In this document: positions 1 to 10,699 of the stretch, one piece after another
Layout of the letters: every line of letters starts with the position of its first letter
Position numbering within the stretch: the stretch's first letter is position 1
Assembly (NCBI RefSeq): GCF_004010195.1
Contig: NC_057711.1
Span: 69,752,238 to 69,772,237, forward strand
DNA from: Chiloscyllium plagiosum
Lineage: Eukaryota
Direction of reading: 5' to 3'
DNA length: 20,000 bases
Made by a program: the position numbers and the translations under genes
The notes under the pieces: generated by a model
Told to the model about the DNA's origin: nothing
The model's database searches: none
Seen by the model: the letters and a program-made list of their open reading frames with translations, nothing else

Positions 1-1010
1 TATCTGCTTAAGTGTTCACTGCTCATCCAGCTTTTTTTCCTAATCTAATTTTCCAGTCTGCTTTTCTTCCTGAGATTTGTTCTTTAAACTGATACTTTTG
101 AGACCAGAGTTGCTCTACCTCAAATTGAATTTGGAATCCCTCTTAAGAACAAGATCTCCTCTGTTCCTGGCTCGGTTCTGTGTACTGTTCATAAACTATC
201 ACAGATGTAATCTACAAATTAACTTCCATTTACTGTTGTGCACCTGATATTTTGTCCAGTGACGTGTAGTGCTGTAACACTCCTTCAATATTTCCAGACT
301 TGTACTTAACCTACAGTGAGGGACCTCTTTGGAACCTCTGGATGACTCCTACCTGTGACTTCTTTCACTTTATGTTCTTTATTTCCACCCAAATTGATGC
401 AACACATTGTATTACTACTAACCACTGCACTGATTCTCTCAACAAAAAATTACCTCACCACGTCTTTCATTTGCTTCTGGAAATGTCTAATATCCTTGAG
501 TCCCCAGTTTTAGTGACTCCACAACCACATCTGATAGCTATCAAGACCTATTAGTTAACTTCTGTCTAGCCATCAACACTCCCTTGTTAAAAATGCTGCA
601 TGTGCTCAGAAAAGAGACTCCAGCACGGACTATCTTATTCTGATTATTCTTTGCATGCTGCACTGATTATTCACCTGTTCTTATTTCTCATTTCTTTTAA
701 TCTTGTCTTCAAACAAATCCCACTTACCTCTCCTCTAACTAGGGATGCAGACAGGCAAACTAATTGCACGGTTCACCAGGACAGCATGATTCAAATGAAC
801 TTGTCTAAATGGAACAGCTATCTTGTTCCCTGGTACTGGAGCCAGTGCCCCTAAATTGGAACCCATTCCTCTTCACTCAATCGTTTTGAGCCAAGTGTTA
901 ACCCCTCTAATCTTATTAACCCTATACCAATTTGCACATGGCTCAGGTAGTAATCTAGGTGTTACCTTTTGGCTCTGCTTATTTTGTCTCATGTTGTTAA
1001 TCCCTCATTG
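1..1010 (-). mobile_element. Degenerate CR1 LINE fragment spanning ORF1 esterase C-terminus and ORF2 endonuclease N-terminus
   Basis: The minus strand at ~955-790 reads LLPEPCANWYRVNKIRGVNTWLK...GHWLQY...HLNHA with frameshifts (CR1 ORF1 SGNH esterase). LSTCSIFNK at ~609-583 resembles the LNARSIxNK endonuclease start. Confidence 0.7.
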
Positions 1011-1035
1011 TGCTAACTATAATTGTTACTATGTA

Positions 1036-1117
1036 TGAATGAGGGCTTATGCTCAAAACATCGATTCTCCTGCTCCTCAGATGCTGTTAGACCTGCTGTG
1101 CTTTTCTAGCACCACAC
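1036..1117 (+). mobile_element. Penelope-like element terminal (pseudo-LTR) fragment with decayed hammerhead motif
   Basis: Aligns with the reverse complement of ~19806-19888 (GGGCTTATGC..AAAC.TCGATTC...GATGCTG...GACCTGCTG.GCTTTTC.AGCA.CACA). Confidence 0.8.
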
Positions 1118-2075
1118 AGATTGACCCGTTTTCTTGTATTTGCAAGATTGGCAGATTGCCGTCAAACTCCATGTTTTTTAAATTTTGAATTAGCTGATGG
1201 TATTGCTGTGTCTTTAGCAGGTAGCAGTACGTTGAAGATGTAGTTTGAAATTGTAACACCCCCCACCCGACTTCCCTGGCCTAATTTCCTTTTTCTCGCA
1301 CATACATTCTGAGCAGTGTTTAAGGATACGAGCCACTTTATGAAGTTGAGAATTTTTGGACCTTGAAACACAACTATCCATTAGTAGAAAAATCTTAGCT
1401 GGACCAGTGCAGTGCTTGAGTTGATGACCATTACTGATGCAATAATGGAAAATGCTCCACTATAAGTGGAGATGCAGTTAATAACTGCTGCAAATCACTT
1501 AACATCTTAGAGCTTGTTTTCTAGAGCTTTAAGTGGGAATCAGTTCAAGCTCTAATGAAGTGGAGAATATATGGTGCTTAAAACAATGTTTTCTAATCTT
1601 TAATCTGTGTGGATTTGTGGAAATCTGAGTTAGCTTCTCTTGGTATGCATATATGCCTACCTTCTAATAGCACCTTTCCAATTTCTGCTTTGCAGCAGCT
1701 TTCTTCCCAATTTTTGATCTCCACCTTTTTAACATGATAGAACTACTTTTGTTCTAGAAATCCAAACAGTAGGTTAAAATTTTATTGAATATTCTTAACT
1801 ACAAAATGGAAAATTCTTAAGCTAGTTATGTAATCTCTGCAAAAGGATGTTTTGTAGATTTCTGCCTGACCAGTGTCTGCTCCTTTCAGCTGTACTGAAT
1901 TGAAGGAGAATCAGTTAGCAAATAATTGGATCACTTAATGCAACTGTATTCTAAGTATAACTGAATATTATTGGTTGGTGCTGTTGTGGAGAGTCAGTTT
2001 CTATGTAGCTTAATAGTTTAATCATTTTTATAATACAGAAGTTGGATAACTTCAGTTAACACTATAGATAGTTGT

Positions 2076-2113
2076 TGGTGAGGACTGCAGCATCTGCAGT
2101 CCTCACTTTCTCC
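2076..2113 (+). mobile_element. 38-bp fold-back Penelope terminal micro-insertion with 15-bp flanking direct repeat
   Basis: GCATCTGCAGTCCTCACTTTCTCC (2090-2113) is the exact reverse complement of 19764-19787. 13-bp perfect hairpin 2078-2090/2094-2106. Flanks 2061-2075 and 2114-2128 match 14/15. Confidence 0.8.
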
Positions 2114-2662
2114 ACAATAGATAGTTGTGTACATCATGGGCACATTATTTGGACCTGTCACCAGCGTATTTTCTCAGTCAAACCATTTTAAAACCTGAAT
2201 ACGCACTTGGTAGGAACTAGAAAATGTGATCAGAAATCTAGATCTTACCCTGAGCAGTTAATGTTTGTTGTTTTGACAAAGTCAACTAGGACAGTTGATA
2301 TTTCCATTTTTATCCTAGCAGAGCCTGAAGATTAGTTTCTTCAGGTGTAGGTTCTATAATGCACCTTGAGCAAATTGCAGGATGTTTTTGAATAGTACAA
2401 TTTTTTTTTGATCTCATTGAGTTGAATTTGGTTATCTACAATAGTTCAAAAGCATTAATTTTAAACACAGGTGCTCACTTTGACTTGTAGTTTCTTCCTG
2501 TATATTTTGTGCCTCCAATTAGATTTAGATATGGTACTACATTGTATAAATGAGCAAGAACTCATGTATATGACTATAGTAAGCAATTAATATTCTGCAG
2601 TTGAATTCAAATCACTTAACCTAATCTTCAGGCATTCTAAGTGCATAGTCAAGAGCTCCACA

Positions 2663-2835
2663 GTGTGGAATGAACTCCTAGTGGAAATGGATGCAGGTAC
2701 AGATCTAACATTTAAAAGACACTTGGATATACTAAAATGTTTGGATATAGCCAAGCACAAGCTAGAGGGACTAGTTTTGTTTAGGATTATGGTGGCTTGG
2801 ACTGAAGGGTCTGTTTCTGTACTGTATGACTCTTA
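2663..2835 (+). mobile_element. CR1 LINE 3' end fragment (degenerate)
   Basis: Reads VWNEL..E.DAGTDLTFKRHLD (CR1 ORF2 C-terminus). Tail GGACTGAAGGGTCTGTTTCTGTACTGTATGACTCT resembles the tail at ~15136-15174. Confidence 0.8.
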
Positions 2836-3804
2836 TAATAAGGCCAAATTGGGTTTAGTTCCAGTATGCCTGGCTAGCTTCTAAATCTGTGACCCAAATA
2901 ACATGAGGGAGAGTGAAAAAATTGTAATTTGATAACTAGTTGGTAAAAACCATGTCTGCATTCTGTTTCCAACCATTCTGTTTCCCTGCCCCCTCTTTCA
3001 GTTTCCATATACTTTGCATGAGCTCAGTAGTTGCTCTTGACACTTTCTTTTTTTTTAACGGGTTGTAGAATTTTATACCACTTTCTCTTTCCTCTTGATT
3101 CCTTTCTCTTTTTTTTTAAACTTAGTTTCCCTACCATCCTAGTGTCTTAATGAGGGAGGCGACTGAAGTGCATATCAAAAGTGAGCCTTTGCATCACATC
3201 ATGCCAAAAGATGGAGAAGCAGAAGTCTCTGGGTGTAAGAAAGCAAAATGGGAAGTAAAGGAAGGATGTGGCAAAATGTTTGTTTATATTTCTAATTGTA
3301 AAATGCTTCATAAGCTATTTTACTTGGTGCTTTTGGGGTAAAAATATCACTTCACTTGACTGTTGCGAATGAAATTTAGAGTTGGCATGGTGGAATCACT
3401 TTTTGAAAACCACTTTTAAAATTTGCTTGTATGGAGTCCTGAATAAAGCAAATTACACTTGATCTTTGATTTTTCAAAAAAGCTTGTAATGATTGACAAT
3501 TTTCTTTGACCATTAACTAAACATTACTTGTCAATGGGGCAAGCTCAGCCAAATTGTAGTTAAAGATAGTTTGATATTTCTAAGCTTTTAGATTTATATA
3601 TTTTAACAAGTTATTTTATGGTACCTTGTTTTGTTAGAAAAATGTCTTTAGGAGCATCTACAGTTTGGTTCGTAGCTTGATGGGTGGACTAAGGGACTGG
3701 CTGCTTCTAGTTGGATGTTAATTTTATTGTACCTTTCAATATAGTTTAAGTATATTTATGGATTCTGGTATTTGAGTAAATGTGAACATAGAATTCAAAA
3801 CACA

Positions 3805-3872
3805 AATCAATCTGTCATGATCTTACTGAATATTGGAGCTCACTTGAGTCATGGCCTACTCTGCTTTTGTTC
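3805..3872 (+). mobile_element. Short degenerate CR1 3' UTR tail
   Basis: TCATGATCTTACTGAAT..TGGAGC...ATGGCCTACTCTGC resembles the reverse complement of the CR1 tail at 10190-10260. Confidence 0.4.
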
Positions 3873-4473
3873 ATAATAAATGCAGGGCTGCAAAACTGAC
3901 AGGTGACTGGAATTTAAATATACTTTTTTCATGTCTGCTTGAGGTCAGTGGATTTCATTTAGATGGTAGACTTGCATGGTGTAGCAATTGTTGAGATGAT
4001 ACTAAAGTGATACTTTTGTTTCACCTAGCATAGACCTGATGCTGTCCATGATCAGTGTGCACACTGCAATGCTTTACTGTTTTTAGAAGTCAAAAATAAC
4101 CTCTGGTTACTACATAGATCATTCATTGTGTCAAGTCCATGTGGCTCTCAATCAAGCTAGGTTTTGCCAAAACATGCACACATTTTCCTTCAAGTATGTC
4201 TTTTGAGAACAGTGAATTTGCCACTATCCTCATTTGTCAAGCAACATTCCACATGACCTTTTTTTAAGGTCCATTTGTTCCTGTATGCTTAATTTACATT
4301 GCCATTTCATTCTTCTGGCTAAAATGTCAGTTGGTATTGAAATGTATTGCAAATGTCAGCCTGTTCCACTAGCCTTTGTGTATCAAAGTTTGTCCCTTTA
4401 TTTTCCTCTTGAGTTAGATTTAAGAAATGTAATAGCCCCTTGACACTCAGCAAGTCAGTTACTTAATTTTACA

Positions 4474-4666
4474 GGTGAAAATGAGTACTGTAGATGCTGG
4501 GGATTAGTCAGGACTGTGGTGCTAGAAAAGCACAGCAAGTCAGGCAGCATCAGTGGAGCAGGAAAATCGATCCTTGATAATAGGCTTTTGCCCGAAACAC
4601 CGAAATTTTTTTTTTCCTGCTCAGGGGCTGCCTGACCTGTGCTTTCCAGCAACACACTCTCTTGAC
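4474..4666. mobile_element. Inverted pair of Penelope terminal fragments forming an imperfect palindrome
   Basis: Left arm 4474-4571 resembles 19764-19862 in the same orientation. Right arm 4572-4666 is the reverse orientation and starts with a decayed hammerhead (CTTGATAATAGGCTTTTGCCCGAAACACC). Confidence 0.8.
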
Positions 4667-4737
4667 ACTTGATATTTATGACAACCTATGATGTCTGAAC
4701 AGACCAAGAGAAAGTGTGCTCCCAGCAGTCCAGGAAT

Positions 4738-4922
4738 GGGGTGCCATTTAGTTCACTTGGTTTGCAACGCAGTATGATGCCAATGGTATGGGTTCAACTC
4801 CAATCACTGGTTCAGGTTACATGAAGGACTACTTTCTCAACCTTTCCCCTTGTCTGAGGAATGGCTACCCTTGGGTTAAATCACCGCCAAGCAGCTCTAT
4901 AGTCTAAAGATTATGGTGACTC
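4738..4922 (+). mobile_element. Degenerate tRNA-derived SINE
   Basis: A-box-like TAGTTCACTTGG (4749-4760) and B-box GGTTCAACTCC (4791-4801). Body and ATTATGGTGACT tail resemble a short elasmobranch SINE from memory. Confidence 0.6.
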
Positions 4923-5454
4923 TCAAGATAGTAACACTGTTCTATCCTACAGTTGATTTAGCATCTTGAGCTATTCTTTTTGTTGTCCCACCTTTAATCA
5001 TTTTCAATTTTGGCAAACCTGTTTTATGTGGCACTGTATCAAACAGCTTTGGAAATTTGTGTCAGTCAATTGCCTCAAGATGTGGATTTTAACAAACACT
5101 GTTTTTCCTCCATTCTCTTGCTTTCAAATGTTAATTTGAAGACCTTCCTACAACTAGTCTACAGTTTCTAGATTTAATGCCTTGTTTTTAAATGAAGTTT
5201 CATATTTGATTCTAGAGTTATCTAGTCAGATGAATTGGAAGACTTGCTAATCTTTGCATTTTCTACCCTTGTTGATGAGATACGTACATACAAACTACTT
5301 TAGCCCCTCTGATCCCTAGTGTGTACCCCTTTTACTTCCCTAGCTTGCTCTCTTTCCCTCTTTCTTTTTCTCCAGTGTGTTCCCTGCCCACAATGTTGCT
5401 GTTGGTCTGGAGGTATATATCCATACTTTTATCTTCATTTTGTAAGATGCTGTT

Positions 5455-6710
5455 ACAGGTTAAGCTAGCATTCATTGGCTGTCCCAAGAAGATGGTGAGG
5501 TGCTATTTGAGCCATTACAGTTCTGGGGGTGAAGCAACAATGCTGTTAGGGAGGTATATCCAGGACCCAGTGAACAAAGGAACAGGTGATGTAGTTCGAG
5601 ACCTATAGATGCTCCATGCATCTGCTGCTCTCATCTTTCCACACAGTAGAGATTGCAAGTTGAAAGGTGCTGATGAAGGAGCCTAGGTGAGTAGTTGCAG
5701 TACATCATGTAGGTTTTGATGTATTGGCGGGTTCCATTTGAAGCAAGCTTTTTTGTCTTTCGTTTTATATGATCAAGACTGCACACGTCCAAAAAAAGTA
5801 GATTGCATTCCTCATATTTCTTCTCTCTCTTCTATATGATTAGACAGGCTTTGAGAAGTCTAATGTTACTCGCCCAGATTATTCCCAGGCTCTGAGATGG
5901 TTTGCAGCTTTAGCATTTGTCTGGTCCAGTTCAGTTTCTGAATACTGGTAATCCCCCTGGGGTGTTAGTGGGGGATTCTGTGGTAACAATGTAATTGATT
6001 GTCAGCCCAAGTTTGAATATTGTCCAGTTATTGCTACATTTGGACACCAAATAGTTTCTGTATCTGAGGAGTGGCAACCTGGTGCTGAACATTTGTAACC
6101 ATCAGCAAACATCTCTACTTCTCCCTTTTTTTTTAAATTTAAGGGACAGTAATTGAAGCAGCAAAAAAACAGTTGGCCTTATGACACTACCCTGAGGAAC
6201 TCCTGTGGTGACCTCCAGCTAAACCGATGGATTCCAACCAGTAGAGTGGGAATTGTTGTTCTAATGGCTTGAGTTTTTCTCGGGTTGCTTGATGATGCAC
6301 TTTGCTAAACACTGTCTTCATATCAAGTGTAGTCACCCTCCCTGCTGGAATTCGGCTCTTGGTTTGCATTTGGACCAAGGCTATAATGAGGGCAGGAAAT
6401 AAGCAGGATTTGGCAGAACCTAATGCTGAATATCAGTTCACTTATTGCTGAGTATGTGCTGCTTAATAGCACAATCTGAGATCTTGTCACTTTGTTCATT
6501 GAGGTAGACCAGGGTATTAATTGGCTTGTATGGATTTCTGCTGTTTGTGGACTGTAACTAACTGGGCAACTGTCTCCAGTGTTGTGTACTGAAGCACATT
6601 GGTTGAAGGTCTGGAGTAAAAGTCTTCAACAGTGCTATTGTGAAATTGCAAAAAAGCAATGACCCTGAGGCACTATCCAGTGCCATCACCTTTCCCTATC
6701 ACATGGAGTA
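5455..6710 (-). mobile_element. Degenerate CR1/L2-group LINE (second family), RT region to 3' end
   Basis: The minus strand gives VTTLDMKTVFSKVHHQ (cf. ALDIKAAFDRVWH) and GVPQGSV (6203-6183). The 3' region at 5460-5710 is similar to 9545-9810. Confidence 0.75.
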
Positions 6711-6734
6711 GATTCATGGACAGATTAATTATCT

Positions 6735-6920
6735 CCAGGACATTAGTGAACCAGATGGATTGTTATGACAAGAGCTTAATGCTCTAATTTACTGTCATCA
6801 GCATTCAACTCAAGTGGTTTGAATTCCTCCATCTGCTGTGGGATTTGGACACATGATTCCCAGTGTATTATTTGAGCTTTTGAATTTCATTGGTCTGTAA
6901 CATTATCAATATAACACCAA
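6735..6920 (-). mobile_element. Degenerate tRNA-derived SINE fragment
   Basis: The minus strand has a B-box-like GTCCAAATCCC and the body motif CCATCTGGTTCACTAATGTCC recalled from a common shark SINE. Confidence 0.5.
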
Positions 6921-7046
6921 CTCCTCAGTCTTTTAGGGTCACGTGAATAAACATTTTTGGATGCCCTTTTGTTAACTGCTGCTTCATTCTTCAACTCTTG
7001 CCTTCTGTAATACTATATCCACTTAGTTATTTTGATTTCAACGAAA

Positions 7047-7354
7047 GGGATGGAATGGTGGCTCACTGCTGCCCCTCAGCATGGGGGACCTGGGATTGAT
7101 TCTGTCCTCTGGCTGTGGAATTTGCACATTTTCCCTGTTTGTGGGCTTGCTCTAGTTTCCTCAGTCCAGACATGTGCAGGTTAGATGGAGTGGCCATGCT
7201 AAATTGTCCATTGTTCACAGGGATGTGCAGGCTATGTGGATTAGCCCTGGAAATGCTGCTAAAATTTAGGGTAGGTGGTGGTTCTGGATGGGATGTTCTT
7301 CACTGGGTTGGTGTGAACTGAATGGCCTGCTTCAACAGCAAAGGGATTTGATGA
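7047..7354 (+). mobile_element. Old near-full-length HE1-type V-SINE
   Basis: Colinear with 12796-12975 (CACTGCTGCC, TGTGGAATTTGCACATT, CAGTCCA.A.ATGTGC.GGT.AG), then GGCCATGCTAAATTG and tail AATGGCCTGCTTC shared with 16465-16591. Confidence 0.8.
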
Positions 7355-7937
7355 AAATTTGTGAACTGTTGTACAGGAAGCACCGATATCAATAGTCACT
7401 TGGATGATCTAGTGTGTTCTAAGTTGACTGGTCAAAGTTTGTAGCCAGCACCTGATCCTATTACCTCCCGGGTTTTTCTTCTTTCATTTTCCCTTTTTAT
7501 TTCTAATTTTGTCAGTTTTTTTTTGGAATTCCTTTTATCTAATCAATGTTCCACCTATAAATTGAGTAGAAGTTAGTTTTGCAACTAGATTTCATGTGGT
7601 ATAGTTAATTTGGTTTTTGAAAGACTTGTTCATCTTTCAAAGTAATAGCTGTCCTACGGCTAGTGTACTGTCAACTTTTTTGTTTCTAACTCTATTTTGG
7701 TAATTAAGAAATCTGTCTGGTTTGTTCTGTTTGCACAAATTTGTAACTTTAGTCTCCTTTTAAGAATTCAACTAAATTTAAGGGTTCCTATAATTTAGTA
7801 CTCATGTAAAATTTCAAGTTTTGTTAATTGGCTGTTTAGCACTAAAAGTCACTGTTTGGAGAATTACATTTTTGCCCAAGACTTTGCCATGAGTTACTGA
7901 AACATTCTAAATGTGTGTAACTGATTTCGTTCTTCAG

Positions 7938-8018
7938 TGGGAGGCAAGAGTGCAACAAGGAGAGAGGGACTTTGAACAGATCTCAAAAACCATTCGCAAG
8001 GAAGTTGGTAGATTTGAG
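7938..8018 (+). CDS. SNX2: Sorting nexin 2, third-to-last coding exon (BAR domain), WEARVQQGERDFEQISKTIRKEVGRFE
   Basis: 81 nt (27 codons), phase 0. Acceptor ttcgttcttcAG ends at 7937 and donor GTATGT starts at 8019. The peptide matches the recalled vertebrate SNX2 C-terminus (WEAKVQQGERDFEQISKTIRKEVGRFE) better than SNX1. Confidence 0.95.
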
Positions 8019-8111
8019 GTATGTGAAATGGTCCAGCATACTTAGTAAATTTACTACTATCTGAAATATCCTTAAGCCATTCTTTTGATTTGCCACCTTT
8101 TTTCTTTGCAG

Positions 8112-8183
8112 AAAGAAAGAGTAAAGGACTTCAAAACTGTTATAATTAAGTACCTTGAATCTTTAGTGCAAACTCAGCAACAG
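8112..8183 (+). CDS. SNX2: Sorting nexin 2, penultimate coding exon, KERVKDFKTVIIKYLESLVQTQQQ
   Basis: 72 nt (24 codons), phase 0. Follows a 93-nt GT-AG intron (8019-8111) with pyrimidine tract and tgcAG; donor GTATGG at 8184. In frame with both neighbouring exons. Confidence 0.96.
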
Positions 8184-8992
8184 GTATGGTTTTTAAACAT
8201 TTTATTATTTTGAGGCTGACCAGTCATGTTGCAATTATGGAATTGACTGTTTTTGCTAAAAGGAAAATGTTAGCTTTTACTGTAACACTCCCTGAATGCC
8301 AATGCCCTTGAGCTTCTGTTCAAGGTTAGAAAGTACTGACCTATGAAATCATCTAGATTGTCACACTAAACATGACTTGAGTGAAAATAAAGTTTTTTTT
8401 TGGTGGCATGCTATACTCATGGGAGGTCAGGATAGTTGACCTAATTCTAGGGTAATGTATACAGAATGCCAGGTAATGGTTTTGAACTTAGTTTTATAAA
8501 GCTACTTTATTTTCTTGATTCATTCTCTGCTCAACTTGAAGACTTGAACATTATCAAGCATAATTGTGATATAACCCCATCAGTGACAGTAACGTGAATG
8601 GAATCTTGGGAAACCAGGACATAATTTTTTCCTTAGTGTTTCATAACCTCTTCTCCTAGTTTTTTACTCTTGTCAATGAAAATAGCTTCAATGACCAAAT
8701 CTCTGATGCAACTTTATTTAATTTGCAAGAAAGCTGTATCTGAACAGAATATAGCACATTGTGAGCAATGCACTATCAAATCTTTACCACTTTTCCCAAA
8801 GAGTCATTTAAATTTTGGGCATGTGAATTGACAGTCAAGTTTCCGATTCCAATTTTCTTTGTTTCTTTTTAAAAAAAAAAACCTTATAGCAGTGATCGCT
8901 TGACTTAGCTGCTTTGTGATCTTTTTAAAAATTCTTTGTTTTCTTCCAATTATGTTTTATCATAAGAATAATCTCTTGGAATTATTTTTCAG

Positions 8993-9043
8993 TTAATAAA
9001 ATACTGGGAGGCTTTTCTGCCTGAAGCAAAAGCAATAGCATGA
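8993..9043 (+). CDS. SNX2: Sorting nexin 2, last coding exon, LIKYWEAFLPEAKAIA*
   Basis: Acceptor tttttcAG ends at 8992; 16 codons then TGA at 9041-9043. The ending EAKAIA matches recalled SNX2 (SNX1 ends EAKAIS). Confidence 0.96.
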   Translation, partial: LIKYWEAFLPEAKAIA

Positions 9044-9490
9044 AATCCTGATGTGAAGAAATGTGGCCTGTCTCTTGTTTACAACTGGTTCCATACTAAG
9101 CACTGACTACAGAATTCCAATTTAATAACCACTATTTTAAAGTTGTAATACTGCATTACAGAAGTGGTTTAATAGATTATTTAATTCTGTTGCATTGTTA
9201 ACCAGCTGCATGGCCTGATTCAGTCATAATGAACTGAACTGTGGAATGATATTCTGCAGTAGTTGCTGAATTGAACACTACTGTACATCTTAAAGAATTT
9301 GCAGAGAAATACATTGCCAGTGCTGGAACTCTGACTTTGCTGTGAATGATACTTGTGTTTCATTCTTGAAGATCTATTGCAGAATTTTCATAATTGTAAA
9401 TTGTGAAAGCATAAATCAGCATTCCTGTATAGAAATCATGAATTTTGTGATCTTTGTTACTACAATAAAGGAATATACTTAATGCACTAG
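9044..9490 (+). other. SNX2: Probable SNX2 3' UTR
   Basis: AT-rich sequence with no recognisable repeat between the stop codon and AATAAA (9464-9469). The end is estimated ~20 nt past the signal. Confidence 0.65.
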
Positions 9491-9508
9491 AATGCTATTG
9501 GTGTGTTT
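9464..9508 (+). terminator. Polyadenylation signal with downstream GU-rich element
   Basis: AATAAA at 9464-9469, TTGGTGTGTTT at 9498-9508; LINE-derived sequence begins ~40 nt later. Confidence 0.7.
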
Positions 9509-9544
9509 AATACCTAGGACCTTAACATGGTACATATTTGGTCA

Positions 9545-10155
9545 TGGGATGTTACCCATCCCCTAATTCACCTTGAAGGTGATTGAGAGATTCTCCAACT
9601 ATCACAGTCCATGTGTACATAACATCCACAATAGGATAGGGAGTTTGAGTCATTGAGCTAGCAACAATGAATAAAATGATCTATCCTAATTTGGAACTAT
9701 ATCTCTGGAGAGAACTTTGCAAGAGATGGTGCTGTGCACCAGCTGTCCTTTGTTGTTCTTGGAGATTGTGTAGTCTGGAGGAATCATACTGATTTGCTTC
9801 AGTTCCATTTTCAGTGTTTAGTGCCACTGTTAATGGTGGAACAAATCCATCTTTATAGTGTTTGAAACACTCTATTCAACCAAATCAGTGTGGAATATTA
9901 TCATACCTGTAGTTGTGTGGACAGGCTTTGAGCTGAAAACCCAGTCTCTAACCTATACTAGCTGCAGCATTTGTGATTGGTCCAGTTGGGCTTCCCATCA
10001 ACTACCCCCATGGGGAGCATAAGTGAGAAAATTAATAATGTTGAAAACTAAGTGGAGGTAGTTGGACTTTAGTGATCTGTACTACTTAAAATATTTCTGG
10101 CCACTTGACAGCCCAAGCCTGAATGTCATCCAGGTTTCAATGCTGCAAGCATAGT
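9545..10155 (-). mobile_element. Highly degenerate 3' fragment of the same CR1/L2-group LINE family as 5455-6710
   Basis: CCCATCCCCTAATT..CCTTGA terminal motif. Blocks such as TGGTCCAGTT and CCCAAG..TGAAT.T..TCCAG occur in the same order as in 5455-6050. Confidence 0.6.
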
Positions 10156-10189
10156 CTGCCAATCCTAAATGAAACCGTTATAAACACTT

Positions 10190-10630
10190 CATAAGACATA
10201 GGAGTGGAAGTAAGGTCATTCGGCCCATCGAGTCCACTCCGCCATTCAATCATGGCTGATGCACATTTCAGCTCCACTTACCAGCGTTCTCCCCGTAGTC
10301 CTTAATTCCTCTAGACAACAAGAATCTATCAATCTCGGCCTTGAAGACATTTAGCGTCCCGGCTTCCACTGCACTCCGTGGCAATGAATTCCACAGGCCC
10401 ACCACTCTCTGGCTGAAGAAATGTCTCCGCATTTCTGTTCTGAAATGACCCCCTCTAATTCTAAGGCTGTGTCCACGGGTCCTAGTCTCCTCGTTTAACG
10501 GAAACAATTTCCTAGCATCCACCTTTTCCAAGCCATGTATTATTTTGTACGTCTCTATTAAGTCTCCCCTTAATCTTCTAAACTCAAACGAATACAATCC
10601 CAGTATCCTCAGCCGTTCCTCATATGTTAA
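10190..10630 (-). mobile_element. Young 5'-truncated CR1 LINE 3' end
   Basis: Uninterrupted LTYEERLRILGLYSFEFRRLRGDLIETYKI...TRGH...FFSQRVVGLWNSLP...FKAEIDRFL to a stop at 10268, then the 3' UTR ending CCTATGTCTTATG. Confidence 0.93.
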
Positions 10631-10697
10631 AGAATCGAACACTGGTCCCTGGCGCTGTGAGGCAGTGGTGCTAACCACTGAGCCACCATGCCGCCCC
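10631..10697 (-). mobile_element. Isolated tRNA-derived head of an HE1-type SINE
   Basis: The minus strand reads GGGGCGGCATGGTGGCTCAGTGGTTAGCACCACTGCCTCACAGCGCCAGGGACCAGTGTTCGATTC, with A and B boxes; highly similar to 12796-12861. Confidence 0.9.
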
Positions 10698-10699
10698 AT

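Noticed and set aside
1036..1070. Selection against sense-strand hammerheads in the SNX2 intron (this copy and 4572-4600 are both core-mutated)
   Set aside because: Only two copies, and several changes are CG-to-CA or other transitions in generally old copies; neutral decay is enough.
300..7321. Short 60-95 aa ORFs in the track
   Set aside because: Chance or repeat-derived frames, many starting at GTG/TTG, with no recognisable host protein.
1..7937. Further upstream SNX2 coding exons
   Set aside because: I found no match to the preceding BAR-domain peptide (recalled as ...KKREAEAK...KPDK.QQAK.EI.E), so it probably lies upstream of the window. Manual scanning could miss a short exon.
10268..10699. 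143-aa ORF as a host gene
   Set aside because: It is a SINE head fused to a CR1 ORF2 C-terminus, with no sign of an independent gene.
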